The notes under the pieces are model-generated. The model was not told the origin of the DNA and did no database searches. It was given only the letters and a program-made list of their open reading frames with translations. Positions 10,511 through 22,857 of a stretch of 42,656 bases of DNA are shown one piece after another. The position numbers were made by a program, and so were the translations under genes. This DNA comes from Octopus sinensis (taxonomy: Eukaryota): contig NW_021835088.1 of assembly GCF_006345805.1 (NCBI RefSeq), positions 1 to 42,656 of the forward strand, given 5' to 3'. Numbering within the stretch: the stretch's first letter is position 1; every line of letters begins with the position of its first letter.

Positions 10511-11123
10511 AGAGAAAGTATGCACTTATGTGTATGTGTGTACTAGTGTGTATGAGAGTGTATGTTTGTGTATTTGTGCGAATGTGTGTGTGTGTGTGGT
10601 GTTTGTGTGTGTGTTTAGATGTCAGTATTAGAGGCAGTAATCGCTTTGTAGGTGGCGCTAATGGTGATAGTGATCTTGTAGCCATGAGAATTGCGTATCT
10701 GCGTGCTCATAGAAATCTATGCACAGATGATGTATATGTGTTTGTGTGTGTGTGTGTGTGTGTTTGTGTGTGTCTGTGTGTGTGTGTGTTTTGAACACCT
10801 GCATATACGGATATGTGTGTTTGTATGTGTGTCGGTGTGTGTGTGTGTGACTGTGTGTACGTGCGAGAGAATGTTGGTATGTATGAATTTGTATTTACGT
10901 GTAAGTCTATATTTACGTGTGTACGTGTGTACGTGTGTGTGTGTGAAAGAGAGGAGGAAGGGGAGGAGGTAGAGGAGGCGATGACCTCCAGATGTTGCAT
11001 TTGTTTTGACTTCAGTCCAGTCCAATGAGTTTCTTCACCATGGCAGGTAACCCAAGCGAACCGAGATCAACTCCATCTCACAATATTTCTAATTAATTTT
11101 CAGTATACACACACACACACACA

Positions 11124-11154
<31 letters not shown>

Positions 11155-11528
11155 AACGCACACACACTTATACACACACAAGTACCTTATCATATACATT
11201 CGTTTGTTTGTATGTATGTATATATATACATATATATATATATGTATGTGTATGTATAGGTATATGTATATATATATCGATGTGTGTGTGTGTGTGTGTA
11301 CTTATACATGTGTGTGAGTATATGCGTATGTGATTGCGTAGTGTAGATATTTGTAAACAACAGAAAGATCATCTTTATTTTCATCGTGAACTATGGATGC
11401 CAGTATGTGCATTCGTGTGTGTGTGTGTGTGCGTGTGTGTGTGTGTATGTATGTGTGTGTGTGTGTGTGTGTGTGTCTTCTCGTCTTCATATACACACAC
11501 AAACAATATGTATATATATTTATATATA

Positions 11529-11700
11529 CAGGCGCAGGAGTGGCTGTGTGGTAAGCAGCTTGCTTATCAACCATATAGTTCCGGGTTCAGTCCCACTGCG
11601 TGGTACCTTGAGCAAGTTTCTTCTGTTATAGCCTCGAGTCGACCTAGCCGTGTGAGTGGATTTGGTAAAGGGAAACTGGAAGAAGCCCGTCATATATATG

Positions 11701-11746
<46 letters not shown>

Positions 11747-11992
11747 GCGTGTGTGTGTGTGAGTGTGTATGTGTTTGTGTGTATGTCTGTGTTTGTCCTC
11801 CCGACACCGCTTGACAACAGATGCTGCTGTGTTTACGCCCCCGTAACTTAGCGGTTCGGCAAAAGAGACCGATAAAATAAGTACTAGGCTTACAAAGAAT
11901 TAGTCCTGGGGTCGATTTGCTCTACTAAAGTCGGTGCTCCAGCATGGCCGCAGTCAAATGACTGAAACAAGTAAAAGAGTATAAAAGAGTAA
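11529..11992 (+). mobile_element. Composite SINE (family A head, (TA/TG)n, family C tail)
   Basis: Same modules and order as 3503-4052. Confidence 0.85.
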
Positions 11993-12553
11993 AAAACAAA
12001 TATGTACATATATATGTATGTATACTAATGTATATATTTATATGTCAGCACACTCACATATTGATGCGAACATATTTATATGCATGAATGTATGTATGAA
12101 TATACGCATGCATATACATATGTATGTATGTGGTATGTGTACATGTGTGTATAGACTCTTACCTGAAACCTACTACGATGAAAGCGGAGATATTTTTAAA
12201 GTTTAAATGTGATTATCTGCTCTTACACTAAACCGTGTAAACATATACACACCTCCAGATATATATACATATACATATACATGTATATGTACATATGTGT
12301 GTGTGCGTGTGTGTGCACATACAGACATGTATATAAATATGTATATACACACACAATATATATACACACATATGTGTATATATATGTATATATGTATGTG
12401 TATATATGTATATATGTATATGTATATATGTATATGTGCAACATATGTATATATGTATGTGTGTATGTATATATATACATTTGTGTATATATATATACAT
12501 ACACACATATATATATACATATATGTGTGTGTGTTTGTGTGTGTATATAACGG

Positions 12554-12617
<64 letters not shown>

Positions 12618-13104
12618 CAAGCGGGTGTATAGGTTCCACCCGTTAAGTGTCATGTACACGTGCAAATGTAAATTTACACACAGACGTTTCTCATTGCTTT
12701 GCATGGATAAACACACGGACTTTCCCACTCCACTTCTTTTTCTACACACACACATACACACACACACACATACACACACGTACACAGACGCAAACATACA
12801 CAGTTATTTTAGCCGCCGCACATCTCTACACACCCGTATATTGACATAGACACCGATGCTACACGTGTTCAGTATTGTCAATATTGAGAAATGTACTGAA
12901 AAACCCTGAAATATATGACCTTATAAGGAAGAACCGATGACAGAGGAAAGAGTTGTAATGTCAGTATAGTGTGTGTTGTCGACCGGAGCGTCGTGGGTTC
13001 GTATTAAACCATTGCCTATTGTTCCTGATGCACACTTTAATCAAGGAAGCGTTCAACAAATTTTGGTTTTTATTCGTTTTTATATCTTTATAGTAAATAT
13101 TGGT

Positions 13105-13276
13105 TTCAAATTTTGGCACAAGGCCAGCAAGTTCGACTGGTATTTATTTCATCGACTCCGAGAGGAGGAAAGGTAAAGTTGGCCCCGCTGGAATTTGAAC
13201 TCAGAACGTAAAGACTGACGTAGAGTCCTTAAGCATTTTATCCGGCGTGTTAACGATTCTGCCAGCTCACAGCCTT
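13105..13276 (-). mobile_element. SINE family B
   Basis: Minus strand reads GAGCTGGCAGAATCGTTAACACGCCGG...GTTCTGAGTTCAAATTCC. Confidence 0.8.
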
Positions 13277-13344
13277 ATGCGCAGAAAATATTGATGCGAA
13301 AATCTGCAATCATGGAATGTATGCACAAGCTCACTTTTATTTTG

Positions 13345-13345
13345 T

Positions 13346-13408
<63 letters not shown>

Positions 13409-13533
13409 GTTATCATCGTCTTCATCATCGTCATCATCATCATAGTCGTCATAATCGTCATCATCATCGTCATCACCATCATCGTTTGGCGTTATCACCA
13501 CCATCATCATCATATTTGTCGTCGCCGTCGTTG

Positions 13534-13575
<42 letters not shown>

Positions 13576-13590
13576 ATAACAACAACAGCA
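13345..13590. repeat. (CAT)n microsatellite
   Basis: Direct inspection. It produces the poly-H, poly-M and poly-D ORFs. Confidence 0.95.
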
Positions 13591-13719
13591 CCCCCTGAAC
13601 ATTACTGTCGCAACTTCTTTGAACCCTCAAGGTCGCTTACCACGCAGTTTTCCAGGTCGCATAAGAGACCAAGATCGCAACATCCCTCCTCCCACTTCCC
13701 TTACCGAACGCGACGCCAG

Positions 13720-13830
13720 TCCTTCACAGGGGTTTACCCTTTTACAGCTGAGTGGACTGCAGCAACGTGAAATTAAGCGTTTTGTTCAAGAACACGACGC
13801 ATCCCTCGTTTCGGGAATTGAAATCCCATT
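13720..13830 (-). mobile_element. SINE family D fragment
   Basis: CAGCTGAGTGGACTGCAGCAACGTGAAATTAAGCGTTTTGTTCAAGAACAC is the reverse complement of the family D body. Confidence 0.7.
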
Positions 13831-14585
13831 GGTGTTTCGTTCAGATAAAACCTGCCTTTAATTGAGACTAACCGAATGACAGTAAAACAAAATAAACGTT
13901 TCCGTTCAACGATGGTTTCTATTTGAAGAGCGAGCATAAACAGCTTGCTCGGTTTGTGATTGACAAGGAAAAGAGAAATATTACAGCTTGGTCTTTCGCT
14001 TATATCGCCATTGTATGACCGAGAAGAACACTTCTCAGATTGGTCTTATAAACCGGCCAAAACGCTGTGACTATCCATATCTTATTTAGACATATTGTAT
14101 CTAAGACCTTTGAGATTTTAGATGTAATTGGGGGAGACTAAAGAGCTATTTACGGCGATCACATGACCACGTATAAGTTCTCTCTCTCTCTCTCTTTCTC
14201 CCCCCTCTCTCTTTCTCTCTGTCGTTGATTAATTAGCACCAACCATTAAGTTTAATCTGATTCTGCAGGACAAAATGAATAGCGTATGATTTTAATTTCG
14301 AAATTGCTATAACCAGTCTTTGTTCGTATCTCGAGAGTTCTTATAGATGGCGTTTATACTTTTCGTGTTCAGCATTGGGAAATGAAATGAGATTAGATGA
14401 GACGCTGGGCTGGAGTAGGTAGATGTTTGTCACCAGAGGGAAATGAACTCAGCGCTTCATTTGAAAGAAACATACCTTCACTTTACAGTGTTACTATTTA
14501 TATTACCCTCAGATATGAATTACGGCAGACGATGCTAAATACAAGCAGCTAGGTGGACTGGAACTGTGATAACAGCGCAGTTCCG

Positions 14586-14790
14586 TTGACAGGAGACAAA
14601 TTCTTGACTGTTCCACGTGCACACACACACACACACTGACCACTCTGTCATCCGCTTTCCCTCTATCAATAAACCAATGGTCCTCACCATTGACAGGAGA
14701 CAAATTCTTGACTGTTCCACGTACACATACACACACTGACCACTCTGTCATCCGCTTTCCCTCAATCAATAAATCAGTGGCCCTCAACCA
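14586..14790. repeat. Tandem duplication of about 103 bp
   Basis: TTGACAGGAGACAAATTCTTGACTGTTCCACGT...CACTGACCACTCTGTCATCCGCTTTCCCTC occurs twice. Confidence 0.9.
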
Positions 14791-15138
14791 TTTTTTTTTT
14801 ACCTATGGGACCCCTTCGATTACTATTATTCTGGTAGACCCCATAACCATTCGATGTTTAAAAGCTAGTTTTATAGATTCTTCTTTCAAAACCCCTATTT
14901 TGTTATCCACATGTTCCCTGTGGTAGGTTTGCAATAGCACTCTCTTAGGGAACATGTTTCAATGACCGGAAATATGCGAAGGAATAGAGAAAGAAAACTG
15001 TTTCTTGCAACAAATATGTCTAAGGCAAAATAGTTTCATGGACCCCTTAAAATACTACTATGGACCCAATTTACAATTTCTCTTCGGTGGACCCCACTCC
15101 AAATTTTATATAAATCTCAAGGGGTCGTGAGAACCTTT
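14775..15138. mobile_element. hAT-like MITE (degenerate)
   Basis: Left end CAGTGGCCCTCAACC, repeated (T)GGACCCC subterminal motifs, and a decayed right end GGTCGTGAGAACC. Confidence 0.5.
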
Positions 15139-15158
15139 ATACAACACTTGATGTTTCT

Positions 15159-15369
15159 AAGACGGCGAGCTGGCAGAAACGTTACCACGCCGGGCGAAAT
15201 GCTTAGCGGTATTTCGTCTGTCTTTACGAACTGAGTTCAAATTCCGCCAAGGTCGACTTTGCCTTTCATCCTTTCGGGGTCGATAACTTAAGTACCAGTT
15301 GCGTACTGGGTCGATCTAATCGACTGGCCCCTCCCCTAAAATTTCGGGCCTTGTGCCTAGAGTAGAAAA
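15159..15369 (+). mobile_element. Full-length SINE family B
   Basis: GACGGCGAGCTGGCAGAAACGTT...GAGTTCAAATTCCGCC...CCTTGTGCCTAGAGTAGAAAA. Confidence 0.9.
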
Positions 15370-16449
15370 AAAACATTTGATGTTTCTTTCCAACTTATCA
15401 GAGACCAGCTAAGAAGGAAAGTCCTAGCAATCGAAAACGGCGACACGGTTTCCATACTCAGTTGAACCCATTTCTTTTCGCATCATCTCCATTGACCGTT
15501 CTCTACTATAATCTATGGCCTTTATGCTTTAATCGTAAGAGTTGGATATTTTTGGAGAACAAGAATTTGCTACATTGAAATGATTACATATAGTTGTCAT
15601 TTTTTTGTCTCAGTTCCTGGACTACGGCCATACTGGAGCACTGCTTTGAAGGAAACAATCGAACAAATCGAATCCAGTACTTAATTTTAAGTCCGGTAAT
15701 TATTTTTTCGGTATCTGTTTAGCGAACCGAGTCGTTGATGCATCAGATTGACTGCTTGACTCTACTCCTTCTGGGCCTATTTCCACTGAGATCGAATCTC
15801 ACCGGGGTTAACTTTTGCGTTTTAGAAATATTTTAAAACTTTTTTTCTTATTTAATGGGAGGCGGTCGGTAAGTAAATTACCAAATTGCAAAGAAGAAGA
15901 AGAAGAAGAAGAAGAAGAAGAAGAAGAAGAAGAAGAAAGAAGAAGAAGAAGAAGAGAAGAAGAAGAAGAAGGGCCAGCCACCATAACGAAAATCCTCCTG
16001 CAACACCGACTCCGACCCAGACACGCCCACCCCCACCTTGCTATCCCATCAGCCACCTCACTGCCAAACTGCTAAACGAACCTCCTAATTGTGTTGACAT
16101 CTCTTCAAGTGTGTTTATCCGTTCACTTAATATATCTTAGAATTTCGGAATGTGTCAACGAGGAACTGTGATGGAAACAATCTTCCCTTATTTTAAAAGA
16201 CATCCTCCCACCACTAACCATTCGTTACCCTAAAACAAGAACAAACAAAAACACCCTTTAATCTACCCTCAAAACCCCACCACCCAATCTACGCCACTCA
16301 CCAAATTTATTGTCTTAGAAGATCCTTTTGTTTCGAAATCTCTTTTGTTTTTGGCGTTTTCTTTCTTTTTTTATTTTGTTTGTTTTCTTCGTTGGTTTTG
16401 TTTTTTACCTCATTTTCGTTTTAATTCTTCCTTTTGTATATTACATGAT

Positions 16450-16885
16450 TGGCTGTGGTGGTGAGAATGGCGGTGGTGGTGCTGAGAGTGGTGGTTGAGG
16501 TGGTGGTGGTGGTTGTGGTGGTGGTTGTGGTGCTGCGAATGGCGGAGAATGTAGTGAGGGTGATGATAGTGGTGGTGGTGATGGTTGTGGTGGTGGAGGT
16601 GGTGGTGGTGGTGGTGGTTGAGGTGGTGGTGGTGGTGGTTGAGGTGGTGGGGGTGGTGGTTGTGGTGGTAGTGGTGGTGGTGGGGCTTGCTGGTATAGTA
16701 GGTCGAGTTATGTGCTGGGGATGTCACTGTGATGGTTGTGGTGAGGATGGTATTGTAGCGTAAAGTTTTGGTGCGGCGGTAGTTGTGGTGATAGAACGGT
16801 GGTGATGGTAATGATGATGATGATGATTATGGTGGTGGCGGCGGTGGGGGTAGTAGTGGTTATGGTGATAGTGGTGGTGGTGGAA
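16450..16885. repeat. (GGT)n-rich low-complexity tract
   Basis: Direct inspection. Confidence 0.9.
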
Positions 16886-17199
16886 GGGTTGATCGTTCAC
16901 TTCCTAACATAACACATAACACATATGCTATGATTGCACCAAAGTAAACCTCCGATTTTTTTCTTCCAGTTTAGAAGCTTTGTTCTGAGTGACGAAAATT
17001 GTACATTCTTTTCGGAAGATGTAGGATCGAATCTTACAGAAAGCCTTCAATATTTTCTCACCCAAGGAATTTTTAAACCCCAGTGTTTAACCGCCCTTTT
17101 TTCTAGCTTTGTCTGCTTTGAGCTTAATACGATTTATTGTGTGCGTATAACATATACATATATGTATAACATATGTATATATATGCATATATATACTCT

Positions 17200-17237
<38 letters not shown>

Positions 17238-17363
17238 TTCTGCGAAATTTAGATTCAAATGAATGTGGTACTTAAGTTACATGCACCAGAATTTTGTATG
17301 GTGTTATCCATATAAATCAAATGGGGTGATTATAATCAATATAAGCAACAAGAATAACTTCGG

Positions 17364-17457
17364 TAATTTGGTACGATCGTTTCACGCTACATAATTCTAT
17401 TAAATATTGTAAGTATTACAGCAGTTTTAAAATGTTGAGCAATCATCAGCCATTTAT
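17364..17457 (-). ncRNA. Type I hammerhead-like fold in the inverted pLTR copy
   Basis: Reverse complement of the 18859-18950 motif: CTGATGA...GAAACGATCGTA. Confidence 0.5.
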
Positions 17458-17490
17458 AGAGGTTTTCCATTAATACATAATTTTCAATTA

Positions 17491-17802
17491 TGTATTGAAC
17501 GTTTAAAAAAACGTTTAAACAATCATTTTCCCTCCTTTAAGCTTAAACACAAGGCATGTTGCACAACATTGTCTAGTAAAATTTGGGGACTGAAAAGGAA
17601 TAATATAGAATTTAACCTGAAATGGGATATAGTAAGAAAAGCACGGCCTTATAAAAATAGTAGAGATGGTTGTGAACTTTGTTCTATGGAAACATAAGAA
17701 ATTTTAAAACATAGGAATAATACAAATCTGTTAAATAACCGTTCTGAACTAGGAGCATCTTGCATGCATCACACGACCCGTACGTTTAAATACTTTAAAT
17801 AA
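17491..17802 (+). pseudogene. C-terminal part of a PLE GIY-YIG endonuclease
   Basis: My translation is CIERLKKRLNNHFPSFK...TTLSSKIWGLK...FNLKWDIVRKARPYKNSRDGCELCSMET*EILK...LLNNRSELGASCMHH...FK*. It contains the R-xxx-H, LSxxIWxLK, W-x-I, CxLC-xx-E and LLNxRxE...CxH motifs, with one internal stop at 17695-17697. Confidence 0.85.
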
Positions 17803-18858
17803 TATTATGACCATTCCTAAATTTTTCAAATTCTAATTCTTTATAACTAAATAAGAATGAATATACCATACTTGCTTTTAATTCAACATGCATAGATTAC
17901 TAAAAAACTTCATTGCATATTTAGAATTAAATTCTCTCTTTTTTGATAATCTCCTATACTAAATAGTATAAATTCTATGTCCCTAAAAAACTACTCAGTT
18001 CATCTTGATTACCTCATTTCCATTTCTTAATATAGCATTAACCCAGGATATTTTTACCTAACTAATTAGCTTTTCTCCGCGGGTAGTAAATATTATATCT
18101 TACAGATTCTATATTTTGATTCATTAATAACAATTCACTATCTACTAAATCTGAGTAATTTACTCTTCTTAATTACTTCTCTTCATAAAAATAAATCACC
18201 TTCTACTAAACCTAAGAAAATTATTCATCTTGATTACTCCCCTTCCAGTTTTTCTAATATGTATATTTGACCCCTAATATATTCACTTTATTAATAAGAC
18301 TTTTGTCCTCAGTTATTGAGTATTATGCCTACTCATGATAAATGATAGATTTTTCTCCAAAATGAATAGATTTTAGATTTATAATTTCTCCTTTAATCCA
18401 ACGTATCAAAATATTCAACACCTACCAGCTAAGGATAAATCTGATGCATATAAGTATAAAGGGATCTCTGTATTCATTATAACTTTTTGGTATACAGGTG
18501 GTCACTGTGACCATCTGACTTTGACCTAGTTTTCTTAATACAAAATCTGTTTGCCAAATAGTAGTAAACAGCTTCTAGGGCATTATAACCCCCCTCTCTA
18601 CCTTAATTTCTTTATGAAGAACTTCTGACATTTATTTCACCCCTATTTCTATATATAGAATTTTTCTTTTGTCTCCTTTCTACTGATTATACTTCCCAAC
18701 CTTCTAGCAGTTCAAAATAACTTACTGAATATTCTTCAGTCAGAACTCTACTACCTTAATATTCTTAAAATTTAAATCGACAGCTATGTCTGTATATCTA
18801 CCTTCTCTATAATGTTACCAATTAAATTGAAAATTATGTATTAATGGAAAACCTCTAT

Positions 18859-18950
18859 AAATGGCTGATGATTGCTCAACATTTTAAAACTGTTGTAATA
18901 CTTACAATATTTAATAAAATGATGTAGCGTGAAACGATCGTACCAAATTA
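18859..18950 (+). ncRNA. Type I hammerhead-like fold in the 3' pLTR
   Basis: Core CTGATGA 18865-18871; long stem II (TGCT/AGCG, CATTTTA/TAAAATG, TTGTAA/TTACAA) with a T-T mismatch at its base; GAAA 18931-18934; palindromic ACGATCGT; GUA after 18942; short stem I TGG/CCA. Confidence 0.55.
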
Positions 18951-19011
18951 CCGAAGTTATTCTTGTTGCTTATTTTGGTATATATATACGCACACACATG
19001 TGTATATATAC

Positions 19012-19062
<51 letters not shown>

Positions 19063-19069
19063 CTTTTCT

Positions 19070-19307
19070 TTTATTCTTTTATTTGTTTCAGTCATTTGAC
19101 TGCGGCCATGCTACAGTACCGCCTTTAGTCAAAGAAATAGACCCAAGGACTTATTCTTTGTAAGCCCAGTACTTATTCTATCGGCCTGTTTTGCCGAACC
19201 GCTAGGTTACGGGAACGTAAACACACCAACATGGTTGTCAAGCGATGGTGGGAGTACAAACGCAGATACACAAGCATATACATACATACATACATATATA
19301 TATATAC

Positions 19308-19386
<79 letters not shown>

Positions 19387-19508
19387 GACGAGCTTCTTTC
19401 AGTTTCCGTCGGTCAAATCCACTCAATGTTTTGGTTGGCCCGTGGCTATAGTAGAAGACACTTGCCCAAGGTGCCACGCAGTGGGACTGAACCCAGAACC
19501 ATGTGGTT
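19070..19508 (-). mobile_element. Composite SINE (A, (TA)n, C)
   Basis: Reverse complement of the 11529-11992 layout. Confidence 0.85.
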
Positions 19509-20064
19509 CTTCGTTGGTGGTGATCATAAAGACAGTGGTGGTGGTGGTGGAGGTTTGGGTGGTGATGGTGGTGATGGTAGTGGATGCAGTGATGATATTA
19601 ATGCAGTAGCAGTGATGATTGTGGTGGTGTGTTAATTGTGGTAGGGGTTGTGACACGTAGCAGTGTTCGGGGTGGCGTTGCTTACGGTTTTGGCGATGTT
19701 TATGGCGGTGGTGGTGGTGGTGGTAATAGGTGTAGTAGTGGTAGTGATGATGGAGGTGGTAGAATTGACCGCAGCTGGGGTACGGGTGACGGGGGATAAT
19801 GGTGGAAACTCCAGTGGTGGTGGCGGTGGTGGTGGTGGCAGTGGCGGTGGTGGTGACTGTAGGAGGTGGTGGTGACTGTAGGAGGTGGTTACGGTGATAG
19901 TAGTGGTGGTTGTAATGGCAGTGGTATCGGTGATGGTGGTGGTGGTGGTGGTGGTGGTGATGGAGGTAGTGGTTGCGGTTGTGGTAGTAACGTTGCTGGT
20001 GACGGTTATGTTGAAGGTATCAGTAGTGGTGGTCGTGGTGGAGGCGGTGAGTAGTTTTCCCCAT

Positions 20065-20270
20065 TGACTGACGTCTGTCAGGTTTGTCACGGAAGCGTTA
20101 GGTGTCGATGTACGTGTGACTTCCGCTTGACGTTGCGATTGATCGGCCGCCATTATAGTCCCGTGATCATCATAACTTCCCATCCTCTCAACCATCATCC
20201 ATGGCAACCGGAACTCACGCTTAACAAACCGTCGACAGACAAATGACGCGCGTCCGTTTATTAGCGATAC
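20065..20270. promoter_or_regulatory. CpG-rich promoter-like segment
   Basis: About 19 CpG in about 190 bp against a CpG-poor background. ETS-like CGGAAG 20090, ACTTCCG 20119 and CCGGAA 20208; CRE-like TGACGTC 20069; YY1-like CCGCCATT 20148; RFX half-site CCATGGCAAC 20199. Confidence 0.6.
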
Positions 20271-20838
20271 TTCCTAACAACAAACAACAACAACAACAAC
20301 AAACATTCAAACAACTACAGAAACATAATGAGGAAGCCTCTACGTGGTGCCTCGATCTACTAAAACTAGCTGCCAAAACCCTTTCAGTTAAACGTCGCTT
20401 AAAAAATGAAGCAAAATCACACTGGATAATATATTCCAAGATACACTACAGCTATGGCTAAAAGTATGGAACATCGGTCTGAAAATTAGAATTTTTATAT
20501 TAAATGTCCCAAAATATACGTTCGGTATATTTGAATCGAATTGTATTTGGGCAGAACAATTAAAATTTTTTTTTTTAAATGTTTCAAACTGTTGGCTGCG
20601 ACTGTAAGTTGAAGTACAATGTGAGATGATCATTGTTGGAATTAATGCAATTAGAGATGACATCGCTCGATTAAGTCTGACCTGGTGTTAAATGCTACAA
20701 TCGAAAACAGTAATAATGATTTCACATATTGACACAAGACACTAAATATGGAAATATGATTCTAGATTCGGTCGATATTCTAAACCATGCGTGTTAAATA
20801 TTATGTAATAATGCGTAGTCTGCATCCACTACTTGTTC

Positions 20839-20839
<1 letters not shown>

Positions 20840-20922
<83 letters not shown>

Positions 20923-21108
20923 ATAGATTCATACATACATACATACATACATACGTACATACAGACAAACAGATACATACATACATACATACATACATAC
21001 ATACATACATACACATACATACATACATACATACATACACATATACATACATACATACATACATACATACATACATACATACATACATACATACATACAT
21101 ACATACAT
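20840..21108. repeat. (TAGA)n + (TACA)n microsatellite
   Basis: Direct inspection. Confidence 0.95.
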
Positions 21109-21154
21109 GGGTTCTCATCAAGGTATTATGTCACCGGTTTATAGCATTTTAGAA

Positions 21155-21238
21155 TTTCACCTGAAGATGGTTGGATTCTATGCTATGATATAATCTACGA
21201 ATACATCAATAAAATTCTACCGAAACAGCTGTCATAAA
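21155..21238 (+). ncRNA. Partly decayed type I hammerhead
   Basis: CTGAAGA 21161-21167; stem II GGT-T-GGATT/AATTC-T-ACC; GAAA 21222-21225; palindromic ACAGCTGT; GUC after 21233; stem I weak. Confidence 0.45.
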
Positions 21239-21482
21239 CTTTCAACCACAATTCTTTTTCTTATAACTAGGTCGCACCCACAACCGACCCCGAACTTGGA
21301 TCTATAGTTTAAATTGGGTTTGGTACTTACATATCTACTGTTTCCTACCAACACAAGATACTTTCATGGTTGTTTTACCTCGCCATGAATCCTGTCATTT
21401 TACCCAGCCATTACTGGCGTCCTGCGTGTTGATGTGCCTAGATTCTAAAGAAGCCTATAACTAATCTATTTACATACGTATT

Positions 21483-21513
<31 letters not shown>

Positions 21514-21798
21514 CAGTCCTCTCACAAATCATAATGCATCTTTGATAGGAAGAAGATACTAAAGATAAGGTACTTCTCGATAATTTTGATCGGTAAACTG
21601 GTCACGGTTGGACAACATTTAAAGAGGTTTCACAGGTGAGAGTTGAAACAATAACTCGGCGTGGGTAAGTAATTCTGGTCAAATGTTTTGAAATGTGGGT
21701 GGCCGAAGGACTATTGCATCTCTGTGTGTATAGTATATACGTGCATACACACACACAGATATATATATACACACGTATATGTATATATATAAATATTC

Positions 21799-21845
<47 letters not shown>

Positions 21846-21968
21846 TCAACAATCAAGGAACGGCCATAATAGGCCATTCACCCACTAGAAATAACAGCCG
21901 AAGCTTCAACCGCAAATAAAAATCAATTCCGTAAACCAGGAGAAAATTTAAAAAACATTTACCCTGTA

Positions 21969-22075
21969 ATTTCTTATACGATGCACCGTTTCATCTGCTG
22001 TTTAATGGTAAACTAACCTGATTAAATTAAATCAAGCCAATCTTCCATAGGCCCTCAGATTCTTCAGTAAGAAAT
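21969..22075 (-). ncRNA. Type I hammerhead ribozyme (left arm, minus strand)
   Basis: Mirror of 22290-22396. One A-to-G change makes a G-U pair in stem III. Confidence 0.8.
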
Positions 22076-22289
22076 AGCCAAGTCGGAACAGATATTTTCA
22101 CGAGGCATTTCCGACCCTGCCAAGGCAATATCTGACCTAAAATTTTCAAATCATCGCACTCGCGCCAAATTTATCGGCAGCAAATAAATATAAGCCGTCG
22201 ATTCCATTACGGAATTAACCAGAAAATTCATAATTAATCAATTGGCAGGGTCGGAAATGCCTCGTGAAAATATCTGTTCCGACTTGGCT

Positions 22290-22396
22290 ATTTCTTACTG
22301 AAGAATCTGAGGGCCTATGGAAGATTGGCTTGATTTAATTTAATCAGGTTAGTTTACCATTAAACAGCAGATGAAACGATGCATCGTATAAGAAAT
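22290..22396 (+). ncRNA. Type I hammerhead ribozyme (right arm)
   Basis: Stem I ATTTCTTA/TAAGAAAT (8 bp); CTGAAGA 22298-22304; stem II ATCTG/CAGAT with a 58-nt loop; GAAA 22373-22376; palindromic stem III ACGATGCATCGT; GUA after 22388. Confidence 0.85.
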
Positions 22397-22788
22397 TACA
22401 GGGTAAATGTTTTTTAAATTTTCTCCTGGTTTACGGAATTGATTTTTATTTACGGTTGAAGCTTTGGCTGTTATTTCTAGTGGGTGAATGGCCTATTATG
22501 GCCGTTCCTTGATTGTTGATGTTGAACTTAAAAATGGTCTATGACTATTTAATTTTTTCCCACTAGGCCGCTGGTGGCAAAAAAATTCTACAAAATTTTT
22601 TGCCACCCTATATTGATTAATTATATATATAAATATATATCATATGTAACATGTGTGAGCGTGTGTATATAAACATATATATGAATATATATACAAGCAC
22701 ACGCACATATATATATATATATATATATATATGCATGTATAAGTATATATATGCATGTATATATATATATGCATGTATATATGTTATG

Positions 22789-22851
<63 letters not shown>

Positions 22852-22857
<6 letters not shown>

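Larger units (their letters stand above)
17233..18973 (+). mobile_element. 5'-truncated Penelope-like element with inverted pseudo-LTR copies
   Basis: 149-bp arms 17341-17489 and 18825-18973 are inverted with about 3 mismatches. They bracket a GIY-YIG remnant, each arm carries a hammerhead fold, and the flanks are (TA)n. Confidence 0.85.
21845..22610 (+). mobile_element. Palindromic (5'-inverted) non-coding element with 279-bp arms
   Basis: 21845-22123 matches the reverse complement of 22242-22520 with 3 mismatches found. The spacer is 118 bp and the flanks are (TA)n or TA-rich. Confidence 0.9.

Noticed and set aside
21845-22520. Arm mismatches as an imprint of A-to-I editing (two of three are A/G on the ribozyme strand)
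   Set aside because: Three sites are too few, and ordinary transitions explain them equally well.
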